From Eledone cirrhosa (lineage: Eukaryota), in assembly GCA_964016885.1 (NCBI GenBank), contig OZ024747.1, positions 90,024,001 to 90,088,000 on the forward strand: a stretch of DNA of 64,000 bases, in the 5' to 3' direction. The position numbers and the translations under genes were made by a program. Positions 36,545-50,544 of this stretch are shown here, piece after piece. The notes under the pieces were generated by a model. It was given only the letters and a program-made list of their open reading frames with translations, was not told the origin of the DNA and did no database searches. Every line of letters starts with the position of its first letter. Within the stretch, counting starts at the first letter, position 1.

Positions 36545-36995
36545 CTTTCTATATCTAACCATGTGCCTGAGGGTCACACATAATTTAGAGGATAGACTAT
36601 ATATTTGTGTGCCTCAGAGTTACACTTATTTTAGGGGGTCTCCTCACATTTCTCGATCTAATTGTGTACTTGAAAATCACTCTTATTTTAGGGGATAATC
36701 TCTATATCTAACAGTGTGCCTGAGAATTACACATACTTTAGGGGATAGTCTCTATATCTAACAGTGTGTCTGAGAATCACACCTACTTTAGGGGACAGTC
36801 TCTATATTTAACAGTGTGTCTGAGAATCACACCTACTTTAGGGGACAGTCTCTATATTTAACAGTGTGTCTGAGAGTCACACCTACTTTAGGGGACAGTC
36901 TCTATAATTAACAGTGTGTCTGAGAGTCACACCTACTTTAGGGGACAGTCTCTATATTTAACAGTGTGTCTGAGAGTCACACATACTTTAGGGGG
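36545..36995. repeat. 50-bp minisatellite, ~6 well-conserved plus degenerate copies
   Basis: gtctctatatttaacagtgtgtctgagagtcacacctactttaggggaca with a period of exactly 50 (36741, 36791, 36841, 36891, 36941). Confidence 0.9.
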
Positions 36996-37379
36996 TCTTA
37001 TCATACTTACTTTAGAATCGCATTCAACTTCTGGTAAACTTTTGGTCAGAGATTAGATTATTTATAAGACCCATATAAGACCCAGCTATCCAGTTCAAAT
37101 GCTACCATGTCGGAGAGGTTCTATCTTCACCCCTTCTCCAGATATAACATCACTCCTCCTGTTTATTTCCCATGCATGACCTGCTGCCACACAATTTCGT
37201 AGATTTCTTTATTATGTATGCAATTTGAAATAATATTATGGCATGTCCAGTTGTTTGTTTGGGGTTTGTAAAAGATTCAAACTAATAAACAGTTGTAAAT
37301 TGTGAGAAACTTTGTTAGTTCACTCCTAGCTATATATCAAAACATGTGTTTAATGTAAACTTAATCTCCTGTGTGCATG

Positions 37380-37488
37380 CATTCACACACATATATACAT
37401 ATATATATATTCACACATGCACACATATATATACATATATATATATATATTCACACATACATATATATATATATATTCACACATACAC

Positions 37489-37553
<65 letters not shown>

Positions 37554-37848
37554 CACATACACATATATACATATATATTTATATTCACACATACACACAT
37601 ATACATATATATATATTCACACATACACACATATATATACATATATATATTTCTCACATACACACATATACATATATATATATTCACACATACACACATA
37701 TATATACATATATATATATATATTCACACACCCACACACATATATATATTCATACATACACACATATACCCATATACCTACATGCAGGCACTTACATACA
37801 AACATATATTCATACACACACACACACACATACACATGTATATCATCC

Positions 37849-37882
<34 letters not shown>

Positions 37883-37885
37883 TAA
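37380..37885. repeat. TA/CA microsatellite block and (CAT)n
   Basis: Direct inspection. Confidence 0.9.
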
Positions 37886-38199
37886 CATCATTGTCATCAT
37901 TATAATGGTTTTTACATTTGTTTTTCTGTGCTTGCATGGGTTGGATGGGTCCTTCTCAGCACAGTATCTCTCCACATGTCGTGTTTCTTCGTCATCTCTG
38001 CGAGTCTCAGTGATTTAAGATCAGCTCTCACGCATGTGATTTGAGTGAGGTTTAGCTGTAATTTCTAGCTGAGTGAGCAACCACATAAAGGTACCCTCAA
38101 TTGGTTCATTATATTATATCAATACAGTGTACCCCCCCCCCCATCCCCCGCCATTCACAGTCCCAGTTATTCATGGAATTTATTCCTTAGAACCTAACT

Positions 38200-38387
38200 A
38201 ATAATTGTTTCTACTTTTGGCACAAGGCCAGCAATCACCCAGTACATTACTGGTACTTTATTTTATCGACCCTATAAAGATGAAAGGTAAAGTTAACCTT
38301 GACGGGATTTGAACTCAGACCATAAAGGGATGTAACTATGCTAGAAAGCATGGCGTCCAACCCTCTACCGATACTGCCAATTCCCCG
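38200..38387 (-). mobile_element. Meta-domain-type SINE with 24-bp flanking direct repeat
   Basis: ttagaacctaactaataattgttt at 38187-38210 and 38388-38411. Confidence 0.8.
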
Positions 38388-39157
38388 TTAGAACCTAACT
38401 AATAATTGTTTGTGGAAACCACCGCATATTCCCAGAATTGTAAATATCTTTGTGATTATTTTATGGCTTTTTGTGGCAGTATATATTTTTCTATGCTTTT
38501 AAACGCTAAACTATTAATAAAACATATACCGGCCTATGCTGGCCTATATTTTATGTTGTGTTTTAACATTTATAGGCATTTTTATGGACCACATCCAATG
38601 TTTGCAGTTTATCACTCTTCGTGAGTGATCTAGGAACATAACCCCTGCAAATACCGGGGAACAACTGTGTATATTTGGGGCTGAAATTGTAGACTGTTAT
38701 TTAGAATACTGTGGTTCGTCTGTATACTATGGGTTAGCAGCTGAGGCTACTTAGAAAGCAAGAACTCCACAAGATAACCAACTAGGAATTTGCCAGTTAA
38801 ATTTAAAAAAAAAAAAAAAAAATGCACTAATTTACCAGATTGCAGCAAGATTGTATGTTTCAGAAACATACAAATATGGTTTTGCACTGCACAACCTTGG
38901 AGTTAAGTTTCACAAGTGAATAATGGAGAGTGAAGGAATAGTAAGTGATACAGAGTGCTCAGGTGTTTATTTTTGTTTTTCATCCTTACTCACTTGGAAA
39001 TATTTCTCAATGTATCAGTAACACTGTATTACTTTTGCTTTTTTCAATTCTTCTTCATGATGTTATCAATGCTGTTTGGCTGTAGACATTTTTCTAGAAT
39101 AATGGAGATTTTGTTAATTCTGAAAAGAACAAGGATTTGATTGATACTCAGTATGTG

Positions 39158-40270
39158 GGCGGGGGGGGGGGGTTAAGGATGTGAGAGAGAGATTGGAAAG
39201 TGTGAGAGAGAAAATGGAGGCAGTAAGAGAGAGAATGGAGGATGTGAGAGAGAGAGATTGGAGGATGAGAGCGAGCATAGTGGGTGTGAGAGATACTGGA
39301 GGGTGTGTGAGAGAAAATGAAGAGTATATAAAAGAAAATGATGAATGTGAGAGAGAAAATGGGTGTGAGAGAGAGGTTAAAGGGTGTGAGAGAGATAATA
39401 GAAGGTGCGAGAGAGATTATGGATATGTGAACGAGATTGGAGGGTGTGAGAGAGATTGGTGGATGTGAGAGAGATTGGAAGATGTGAGAGAAAATAGAGG
39501 GAGTGTGAGAGAGATTAGAGGATGTGAGGGAGAGAATGAAGGGGGTGAGAGAGATATTGGAAGATGTGAGGAATGGATGAAGAAGTAAAAACATAGAGGG
39601 AGGGGTGGGAAATAATTAGAACTTTTGTTTCTTTAATCTATCAAATAAACAACTAGAGGGCAAATTGAACCACATAACGGAGAAAGGAAGGCTGGAGAGG
39701 AGACAACATGAGAGGGCAAGAGTGTAAGAGGTGAATAGAAGAAGATCATAAATAGTTAAAGAAATGAGAGAGATGGGGATAGAGGGTGGGAGGGAGAAGA
39801 GATGGAGGTAGAAAGAGGGAGGGGACGGAAGGAAATAGGGGGAGGTAGAGACAAGGAGGGGGAGAGGGAGAAAAAAGGGGAAATATAGAGGGGAGAGATG
39901 GAGGTAGAGAGGGTAAGAGAGAGAGAAGGTAAGAAGGGGTAGAGAGAGAGGGAGGAAAGGGAAGGAAAGAGAGGAGGTAGAGACAAGGGGAGATAGAGGG
40001 AGAGAGAAGGAGATAAATGGAGGTAGAGAGGGGGAGGAAAGGGAAGGGAAGAAGGGGGAGATAGAGAGAAGGAAGGAGAGAAAGAAAGAGAGAGGCACTG
40101 CATAAGAAGCAGGGGGTAGGGGGAATAAAGAAAGCTAGAGATGACAAGGAAGAAGCAGAAGAAACAAAAAATGTAAAAAAAAAAAACGAAAAGAAAAGAA
40201 AAAAGAAAAAAAGAAGGAAAGAACCAATGAGAATAAGAAGAGACAAAAAAAACCTAAAAAAAAACCAAAA
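39158..40270. repeat. Purine-rich (GA) low-complexity tract
   Basis: Degenerate gatgtgagagagagattgga units followed by G/A-only stretches. Confidence 0.85.
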
Positions 40271-40644
40271 AAATTCGAAAGGGTAGAAGAGAGACAGGAA
40301 TCGATTTATTGATTGTGGTCCTGATTGATCATTTGAGACAAGTAAAAGAAAACACACACAAAAATCAACAACAACAACACATAGAGAAACACACACGCTC
40401 ACGCACAGAACAACAACAACAAAAAAACTCAAATGAAATTGTAAAATATCAGTACAGCTAAGTGGTGTAGAGAGTTAATTGAATAAAGGCCAACTAGCAG
40501 GCTGTTCGGTTAGCAGTGCCTTTTAAACTGATGCTGTTTAAGTGAACTTTGCTAGTCAAGTGTCAGACACTCATGTCTGCAAGTGGTTGCAACTACGACT
40601 GCAATCTTATGCAATACAAACTCTTAAACAGCTCAGTTCAGCTC

Positions 40645-41095
<451 letters not shown>

Positions 41096-41635
41096 AGAGA
41101 AAGAGAACAGCAAATTTGGCAGAGATGTTAGGGTGTTGTATTAAAAATGCCTTGATATATGCTCTGCTTGCACTCTGTGTTCAAATACTGCTGAGATCAA
41201 CTGAACCTTCAGTGGTACATAAGTGTGATCTCATGCCATGTATGTTGAAGGATTTCGCTTTTGTCACAATGCTCCAATTGATGGGAGCATTTGTCATCCT
41301 GCTGTCTTTTGACAAATATATTTTGACAGAGATGTTGAATTCTGCACTTGTCTGTTATTGAAGGTATACAGATGTTGAGAAAAGCGGGATTTAAATGTAT
41401 TTTCGGTCAGTCTAATGTAAATTTTTCCCTGTACCTCTGCTTTATATAAGCTCAGTGGACAGGGATTTATTCTCCAGTGGGTTTCAAGTTTGTTCTCTAC
41501 AATTATATTTCTGGGATGTCTGAGATGTGTTGTTAGTTTTTGTGGTATGCTTGTGGCCCTATACTATTGAGGCAAATGTAGCTTTCCTTGTATTCTTGTT
41601 GAAGATGTCATAGTTGAAGATCATATATATAAGTA

Positions 41636-41977
41636 AAGGCTTAGTAGTTAGAGCATTGGGCCTACAATCATGAGGTTGCGTGTTCCAGTTCCCAAACCAG
41701 GCTGCATGGTGTGTTCTTGGGCAAGATATTTTATTTTGCGTTGTTCCATTTCACTCAGCTGTAGAAATGACTTGCAACGTCACAGGTGCCAAGCTGTATC
41801 GGCGATTGCTTTTCCCTTGGACAACATCAGTGGCATGGACAGGGAAGACTGGTATGCTTGGGTGACTGCTGGTCTTCCACAAACAACCTTGTCTGGAGTT
41901 GTGTCTTGAAGGGGTACTTTCTAGGTGCAAATCCATTGGTCATTTGTGACCAAAAGGGGTCTTAACCCATTACCCTT
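41636..41977 (+). mobile_element. tRNA-derived SINE (related head/core, different 3' end)
   Basis: ggcttagtagttagagc head, cttgggcaagatattt core, cactcagctgtagaaatga. Confidence 0.65.
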
Positions 41978-42062
41978 TATATATAGAGAAGTAGATAGAT
42001 AGACATGTATATATATGCATATATGCACACACACACACACATATATATGTATATATACATGT

Positions 42063-42468
42063 GAAGGCACATGGCTTAGTGGTTAGAGCATTTGGGCTTG
42101 CAATCGAAAGGTTGTGAGTTCAATTCTCAGACCGGGTGATGTGTTGTTTCCTTGAGCAAGACACTTTATTTCACATTGCTCCAGTTTACTCAGCTGTAGA
42201 AATGAGATAGGACTGCAAAGTGGTCATGGAGGTGCCACAGCAAAAAAAGCACCCAGCCCACACTGTAAAGTGGATGTGTAGGCACCACGGAAAAAAAGCA
42301 CCCAGTACTCACTGTAAATGAGGTTGGTGTTAGGAAGGGCATCCAGCAGTAGAAATCTAGCCAGAATCAGTTCCAGTATGAGCAAGACAAGGTAAGCCAA
42401 CCGGACACTGCCCCCAACAGGACAACCTGTCTAACCCATGCTAGCATGGAAGAACAGACGAAAAACGG

Positions 42469-42499
<31 letters not shown>
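42063..42499 (+). mobile_element. Full-length tRNA-derived SINE with (GAT)n tail
   Basis: A-box tggcttagtggttagagc, B-box gagttcaattc, CORE-like ccttgagcaagacactt, (GAT)n tail; homologous to 60916-61262. Confidence 0.85.
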
Positions 42500-42500
<1 letters not shown>

Positions 42501-42529
42501 TGAGTCTTTAACTCCATTTTTTTAATTTG

Positions 42530-42752
42530 ATCATCATCATCATCGTTTAACGTCTATATTCCACGTTAGCATGGGTTAGACGGGAATTGTCCCAATTGAG
42601 GTAAAATTGTTCGGGTGACCATGTCTCGCTCGTATAGGACTATCTGGCAGGTTTTCTACAGTTGGATGCCTTTCCTAACCAACCACATTTACAGTGTGGA
42701 CTGGGAGCTTTTTACCATGTTACCCATACGGCCACATTACAGTGTGGACTGT
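42530..42752 (-). mobile_element. SINE 3' fragment, tail-to-tail with the previous SINE
   Basis: (CAT)n-cgtttaacgtc...ggatgcctttcctaac. Confidence 0.7.
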
Positions 42753-42949
42753 TTTTTTTTTGTTTTATATATATATATTTGTTTTCCCTTGTTTTCTGCT
42801 GTCAATTATCTTAATTCTATTATTATTAATCTGTGATGAATGTGTTCATTCTTCTCCCAGCAATAAGTTCAATGGATAACATTAATTAACAAGATTTCTT
42901 ACTTTCTTTTTACCTTTTATCCTCTGTTTTTCTTTTCTCTTTTTTACAG

Positions 42950-43044
42950 TCTCACGAGACTATCGTTGCTATAAGAGCACAATACATTCTCCTAGTCATC
43001 ATATGAAATACAATGTGTACCTGTTATGGTTTAATTGCTGTAAG
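42950..43044 (+). CDS. Candidate internal exon of an unidentified plus-strand gene or pseudogene
   Basis: Long polypyrimidine tract + ACAG acceptor; AAG|GTATTG donor; open frame SRDYRCYKSTIHSPSHHMKYNVYLLWFNCCK ending in phase 0. Confidence 0.4.
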
Positions 43045-43288
43045 GTATTGTTTAGTCTTATCTTTTAATCCAGGGACAGTGCTTTGGTAGGGGTCAAAAC
43101 TGCCTAAACCCATCTCAATGGCTGAAGAACTTGGAGTTCTGTGTCTTTCATTTGTCCCTTTTTTGCCTTTATTTTTTATTTTCAAATATTTTTTTTAAAG
43201 TTTCCCCTTTAAAAATATTTGTTTCATTCTATCTTGCTATATCATATATATATATAATATATATATAAATATATATATATTATATGTA

Positions 43289-43750
43289 AAGACCTTAAAA
43301 TCTACCTCTTCATTGCTGTAGTGGAGTCTGTGCTGCTGTACGGGTCTGAGACTTAGATACTGACCAAGAAACTCACTCAGATGGCGGATGGGTGCTACAC
43401 GAGAATGCTGAGGATGGCTCTGAACATTAATCAGTATACACTGAGGATGAAAAACCCAGAGCTGTATGGGAGCCTCCCAAAAGTCTGCTCAAAAGTGACA
43501 CAGAGAAGACTGAGGTTAGCTGGACATGCTCACCGACATCCCAGTGTTGACACTGCACTGAGTGCTCCTGTGGGAGCCCCTGCATGGACACACTGTAAGA
43601 GGAAGACCAAGATTAACGTATGTTGATGCCCTAAGGACAGACACTGGTCTGTTGGAGTCGCAGGACATGGCAGCGATAATGAGGGACAGAGACCGCTGGA
43701 GAGAACTCGTCCATGGATCTTGGGAATTTTACCCGCCCTAGATAGATAGA
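43289..43750 (+). mobile_element. RTE-like LINE 3' fragment
   Basis: ESVLLYGSET*ILTK...DGCYTRMLRMALN...RRLRLAGH..RH; short (GATA)n tail. Confidence 0.8.
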
Positions 43751-43780
43751 TATATATAGTATATATTATATATACATTAT

Positions 43781-43953
43781 GGTGGATTGGCAGTATCGGT
43801 AGAGAGTTGGACGCCATGCTTTCCAGCATAGTTACAGGTGTTCAAATCCCGCCGAGGATAACTTTGCCTTTCATCCTTACGGGAGTCGATAAAATAAAGT
43901 ACCAGTAATGTACTGGGAAATTGCTGGCCTTGTGCCAAAAGTAGACACAATTA
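43781..43953 (+). mobile_element. Meta-domain-type SINE
   Basis: Homologous to 59941-60130. Confidence 0.8.
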
Positions 43954-44244
43954 TATATATGTATAATATACACCCACACACACACACACGTATATATATA
44001 TATATATGTGTGTATGTGTCTGTATGTGTGTGTGTTTGGCACATACATGCATAACTAGTTATAACTGGATCAGAGCACTTAATATAAATTTATATCAGTA
44101 AATGTCATATAGTTAATTCATACATATTTAATAAGAAAACATGATTAAGTGATATTGGAATTAATTTTAATTCATTTGAAAGTATTACTGAACAATATAA
44201 TTTCTTATTTGCTTGAAATTAATTTTCTATTTTTCTTTTTACAG

Positions 44245-44302
44245 ATTAGTCAGAGTGGAAAGAGCAGTGCTCATGACATCTTTTTAAGGGCCTTTGAAAT
44301 TG
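44245..44302 (+). CDS. Candidate internal exon, phase-compatible with 42950-43044
   Basis: ttttctttttacag acceptor; TTG|GTGAGA donor; ISQSGKSSAHDIFLRAFEI in phase 0. Confidence 0.4.
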
Positions 44303-46458
44303 GTGAGAGAGAAGGAAGGAGGGAAGAGACATCAAACCGAATATGCAATGAAACCTTTGAAAATGAATTATTACTCAGTATAAAGGAAAATGAATTATTA
44401 CTTCAGTATAAAGGAAAACAAATATTTTCAATTCTTTGAATGAATTGTTTGGAAAATGTCCAGCTTTAATGTATTTTCTTTAGTTACTATCTCATATTTA
44501 AAGGAGAAATGAAGGTCTCTTACAACATATCTTTTAACATAAAAACATCAACAAAAAGGACTGCCACATACCCTTCCTAATGCCAACCATATTTACATTA
44601 TGTACTAGGTGCTTTTTGCTGTGATACCTACACGACCACTTTAGAGTGTGGGCTGGGTGCTTTTTGCCATAATGCCTACACAACTACCTTACAATGTGGG
44701 CTGGGTGATTTTTGTGGTGACACCTACACAACCACAGTGTGTATATATGTATATATATATATATATAGACACATCAATCTTTGAATAGTAATAATTTCTA
44801 ACTTTGCCACGAAAGTACAAACATTTCTGGAAACAATATTGTCAATTCACGAACTGGTACATTTTTATCGACCCCTGTAATGAAAGGCAAAACCAGCCCT
44901 ATGAGAGTTTAATCTCAGAACAAAGAAACACTTTATATGCCTTATATTTATTTCATTAAATTTCAATCACTGAAAATATCCATTTACCTCAGCACAAGTT
45001 ATGTTACTTTGGTCAATTATTAATAGACCAACACCAATTTAATTAGAATAGTGTAATATTATTAAGATCACATTAATTAAAATATGGCAGCAACATTTAC
45101 TAATTAATTGGCAAATACTGTTTCTAATTGTGTGAACTGATTAGAACAGTGATTTTAGGTGTCAAAAACACAGCAATTCAGTTAGGATTCATCATTATGA
45201 TTATTAATCAGAAAATAATGATCCTGCACCAGTCCAATATTATGATTAAACATGATAACCAGCAACCCCGTCATATGTTCTGTTTACTGTCATAACAATT
45301 AATTAGTTTAGTAGAAATTAATTAATTTAGTAATCTAACTTATTCTATAGCAACTCTGAAAATAATTAATAGAAATGTTGTTGTTTCATCTCAGATACTA
45401 CATTATTCAATATTTTCTTCCTCTGTTCAAGATGGTAGGACAATAACATTGTTATTTAGCAGCTCTTTCTAGCAGGTTGAATGACGACATAGATGCTCCC
45501 TCATTGGCTGGAAAACACTAAAGATCATCATCATCATCATCATCATCATTTAACATCCACCTTGCATGCTAGTATAGGTTATTTAACATTATTAGATTTC
45601 TTCTTAAACTGCAGTAAATTTCAAATAGATTTGTACTCTGTTGACCCTTCAGACTGAAGTTGAAATAAATATACAAATGGCATAGCAGATTCTTCACATT
45701 TGGGGGGAAAAAAAGACAACCTATTTAACAATCTATTAATTCTGCTCTCTGGCTATAATTAAGTTCTCTCTCCCTATGTTTGCCAGTGCTTATTTTAAAC
45801 CTACTTAAACCTTCTCAATCATTACATACTCTTAATCAAACACTATTGTTCTCCTCCTCACCCTCCAGCAATTGTCTGGAACCAGGCAACTTCTAGTGCA
45901 TTGTTTTAACATATGATCAGTGCCAACTATGAAAGAATTCAATAGACTTTCTGTTGTTAGGTCTAAAAGTACAACAGGCTCTGCCCATTAATTAAAGTGG
46001 ACATATTCATATATGTCTGACAGCTTAAATCAGCAGAGATCCTCCTTTATAGTTAGTATCTATCCAGACCATTAAAACTGTCATTCTGCTGCGTCTGACA
46101 AAGAGGATGAATAACCTGAAGACAACCATGGACCATAGTGTAACAATATATCAGCAGCTCACATTTGTTAAAATAGAGTAAATGTTTCTGCAGTTGCAGA
46201 AATGTTCTTTATCTCCAGGTCAATCCTGATATAGCAGATCTATTATTAAATGTGTTCCATTCTGACCAAGGCCATACTGTCTTTTTGTATATTTAGGACA
46301 TTGTTCAGTGTCATTCCTTTTTAAAGACAGTAGTGTATGATTTGAAAGAGATTTGGTTACTATTTCTTGCATATCAAATGACCACATACAGGCTTCTTTC
46401 ATAGAGTGGCATACACAAATCTTTTATAGAATATTAGTAATCATGAGAGGAGCATATT

Positions 46459-46672
46459 TTGGCAGTATTGGTAGGACACCAGACAACATGCTTCACGGCA
46501 TAGAGTTATGGCACTTAACATTCTGAGTTCAAATCTCGTCCATGTTAACTTTGCCTTTCATCCTTATGGGCTCGATAAAATAAAGTACCAGTAATGCAAT
46601 GGGGGTCAATTTAATCGACTTTCCCCCTCCCCTCAAATTGCTGGTCTTGTGCCTATAATAGAAATTATTATT
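46459..46672 (+). mobile_element. Meta-domain-type SINE (longer variant)
   Basis: tggcagtattggtag, gagttcaaatc, gcctttcatccttatgggctcgataaaataaagtaccag. Confidence 0.75.
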
Positions 46673-47101
46673 TAATACTATCATCAAATAAAGTTTGGCA
46701 TGTATTTTTGGCCAATAACAATTGTATAGTATCAGTATGCTATTATTGAAAAGCTTATTAATCTATTAATGTAATTTAAATTAGTTCAACAATTTCATTG
46801 TGGTTAAAAAATAAAGAAAATCAGTGTCTATAAAGAGGTAATTAAGAAACTTGCTCAAATATTCTGGTAATCTACTCTATCTGCTTTTAACTACAATTAA
46901 TTCAGTTCAAATATTCTGGTAATCTACTCTATCTGCTTTTAAGGAACTACAATTAATTCAGTTCAAATATTTAAGCCACCCTACGTTGCACTGAGATCAT
47001 GTGTTGACACCAAAACAATTGTATCATAGTAAAGTCACATTTAAAAATACACCGTCAATCCATTATTTTAACAAAATTAATGTATTCAGTATGAAGCCTG
47101 T

Positions 47102-47307
47102 TTAACCCTTTAGCATTAAAACCGGCCATATTCGGCCAGAATTCTCTCACCACCTTCTGTTCAAACCAGCCGCTCATACCAATATTATGATATTGTTCTC
47201 AAAATAAATAATATCAAAATCTCATAGCTTCGATATTATGTAAATTATATTTCCTATTGTATTTTCATGGTAAAGGTTTTAGAGTAATGTAAATGGTGAA
47301 GGGTTAA
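47102..47307 (+). mobile_element. piggyBac-like MITE family A copy
   Basis: TTAACCCTTTAGCATT ... AAGGGTTAA. Confidence 0.85.
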
Positions 47308-48224
47308 TATAGATAGGTTTTATGGTACACAAGAGATTAGTAGCCAAATTGATATCTCTCATATTTTGTAAAAAGCATTTGATGATATCCTCATTATCAA
47401 TGTTTTGCCCCTCATTTGAATAAAACTTCAAATTTAACCAGACAAACATGTTCTACAGGTTTCAGTTGGATTAGAAGTACAGCGCGCTATCCACAAGGAC
47501 ATCCCAACAGGGATGTTTATCTGATTTTTGCTTCTGACAGGACTCGCTGGAAGGAGTGTTTGAGGACTCTACCCTCATAATCCTTCTCAGGAATAAGTTA
47601 GCAGAGGTTTCTGTTGTTTAACTAAGGCCATGAAGTATTTTTTAGTCAATCTCTATGAAATAGTGGTTAGGGTGTTTGACTCACACTTGTAAGGCTGTAA
47701 GCTTGATTCTCTGTAGTACATCGTAAATACAAGTGGGTGAAATGAGATTCCTCTGAAGGGTCTTTGGTGTAACGTTACTCAAGAGAGTGTTGTGTAACTC
47801 AAATAAAGAAAGCAAGATATATTAACATGCTATTTTGAGACAGTGAATGTATAGTCCAAATGCTGTATAATTGATTCTATAACATATTTCAAATGCTAGT
47901 GATGGCATGTTATTACAGATGTCAATCCACTTAGTTCTCAGATAGGTACCTCTTCTACATCAGTGATAGAAAAAGTAATGCTGCTGTGAACTATTCACTG
48001 AAATAATTACCACAAATGCTTCTGACTTTACAAAGACATTTAGCATGTAACAAAGAATCTTATATTTGGTCTGAAGAATGACACATACATTATATTTCAG
48101 AAAGTATCTTTTAGACAAACCTTTTCAAACTGTTTTTTTTTCTACTGTGATCCACAGAAAAAGCTGTATTTTATATTGCACCTAATTATGCCTAGACAGT
48201 CATTCTCACTTGCATATTTTTCCC

Positions 48225-48422
48225 TTAACCCTTTAGCATTTAAACCAACTGTATCCGGACAGAATTCTCTCACCTCTTTCTGTACAAACCAGCCATAACT
48301 GGCTGCTTATACTGATGTTAAAGTATTGTTCTCAAAATCTCATAGATTTGATATGTGAGGCAAAGCCTTTACCATGAAAATACAATAGTATATATAGAGT
48401 AATGTAAATGCTAAAGGGTTAA
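48225..48422 (+). mobile_element. piggyBac-like MITE family A copy
   Basis: Perfect TTAACCCTTTAGCATTTA / TAAATGCTAAAGGGTTAA ends. Confidence 0.9.
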
Positions 48423-48730
48423 TGTCATAACCTATTTTATTTATTTTGTGACTCACTAATGGGTGGGGAGCCACAGTTTGAAAAACCCTGCTTTAGAGGG
48501 ACATCAGCCCCAAAACAGTTTTTTCATAAATTCTAAAAATTGTCTAAGGTCTTATTACTGCTCATTCTATACAGCATGAGAGTTCATCCCAAGAAGGAGA
48601 CATAAAAATAGAAAACTAAAACTAGAAAGAAACCAATTTGGCTTAATATTATTCAGTTAGTCAGGAGGAAGTGCAGTGTGCAGTGCCCATGAAATTTTTC
48701 AGGGCTTCCAAGACAGGTAGGAAAATATTC

Positions 48731-48937
48731 TTAACCCTTTAATGTTCAAACCGACCAAAACCGACCAGAATTCTCTACCTCTTTCTGTTGAAACTGGCTG
48801 TAACTGGTATTGTTCTCAAAATAAATACTTTCAAAATCTCATAGATTCGATATTATGTGAGATAATTATGCGAGGTAAAGCATTTACTATGAAAATATAA
48901 TAGTATATATAGAGTAATATGAATGCTAAAGGGTTAA
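48731..48937 (+). mobile_element. piggyBac-like MITE family A copy
   Basis: TTAACCCTTTA ... ATGCTAAAGGGTTAA. Confidence 0.85.
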
Positions 48938-49357
48938 ACCAAAGACCTGGCACAAATACTTACAACAGAGTAAGTCTATCACTTTATTAGGTTGCACTGG
49001 GATTTCAACTGAGACCATAAAGAATTGGAACATATATAATAGAGTTTCTACTTTTGGCACAAGGCCAGCGATTACCCCAGTGCATCACTGGTACTTTATT
49101 TTATCGACCCCGTAAGGATGAAAGGCTAAGTTAACCTCAGTGGATTTGAACTCACCATATATAATAGAGCAGTCTTGACAGGAAATTTCCAGTCCAAAGG
49201 ATGAAAGATGTATAGAACGGATAGATGGGAAACTAAGCCATGAGCTTCTCATGTAAAATACAATTGATAACTTTCTCATGCCAAAAACACAATATTACTT
49301 TTGTAGTAGTTTTCAAAGGGGTTGTTCCAAAAAGCAAAATTCCAATAGAATCTAGCT

Positions 49358-49586
49358 TCAACCCTTTTATAACCACATTTCTGATGAAAGACACTGCCCA
49401 GGATTTTCATATTTTGCAAATAAAAAAAAAAAAATAGAGGAATTTAATAAACTGGTGTTTGGTACATAATTGAACAAAGGTTCTTACATAAAATTATTAT
49501 GTATGGTATTTAGATAGATAGAGACACTTTAAAATAGACAGATTTATGTTGTAGAACCAAGGGCAGTTTGGTATAAAAAGGGTTAA
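49358..49586 (-). mobile_element. piggyBac-like MITE family B copy
   Basis: AACCCTTTTATAACCA ... TTGGTATAAAAAGGGTTAA; related to 53170-53408. Confidence 0.6.
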
Positions 49587-50544
49587 TAAAAGCCATAGTA
49601 ATTGATGTAATATATATATATATATAATCATACATAAATATAACAATTTCTTTTACAGACAACTGCCTGAAACCACCCCTGGTTCTACAATACAAAACTG
49701 TTTCAAAATGCTTAAATCTATCAAAAATTCATCCATCGTAAATTTGATAAGTTATGATGCAAACAACAACTATGAAAAAGTTAGTTATATTACTAAATCT
49801 TTACAAATTATGGATTATTTTCCAAATTATTTGAATATCATAGGCAGCAATTTTCATTAGAAATATGGTAAAATATGGTTTAAAATATGTTAAGTATATT
49901 AAAAAAAAATAAAAATTTTTTAAACGAAAAATAAATAAAGAAAAATACATATATTTCATTTGTTTATTTCGACAAAATGTAAATACTTTTCAAATACCTG
50001 GAACTCAAAATACAAAAAGAGAAACCTACAACTGTCACATATCAATTCCATCAGTTTCAAGAAAGGCAAGATATAAGTTCTGATCAATCTTCTCTCATCA
50101 AGTTCTTTGCAGAATTAGGCACTGATTCTAGATTAAATTTCAAATAGAATTTCTCTTTGACAAATATTTCTTGCCTGTTATTGTATGTGCAGCGATGGCG
50201 GCGAATAGCACGAATGCTACACATCGCATTAGTTTACAAAAAAAAAAAAAAAAAAAAAAAAATAATGTCTTCATTCAAGACAACACCAAATTTTGCTGCC
50301 TCTACAGCAATGATTACTTATAAGTCACTCAAACTGGAATTCCAAAAATATTTGAAGACAAAAAAATAAATAAGAATGTTTGCTTTTTTGTTGTTGTTGT
50401 TGTTGTTCTTCTTGTACAAAGTAATGTCTGTTTTACAAGAAAAAAACAAATCTATTAAAATATTTCCAGATTATCAAGGCCAACTGTTCTTTTTGTTATA
50501 CACAGAAATATACACACATTATATTATATATATACTTATATATA

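Noticed and set aside
36700-36995. Interstitial telomeric repeat
   Set aside because: There is only one TTAGGG per 50-bp unit, not tandem (TTAGGG)n.
39148-40432. Ser/Leu/Pro/Phe-rich ORFs of up to 228 aa
   Set aside because: They are products of the GA/CT low-complexity tract.
42063-42140. tRNA gene
   Set aside because: The A/B boxes are the head of a multi-copy SINE that continues into core and tail; no convincing cloverleaf is present.
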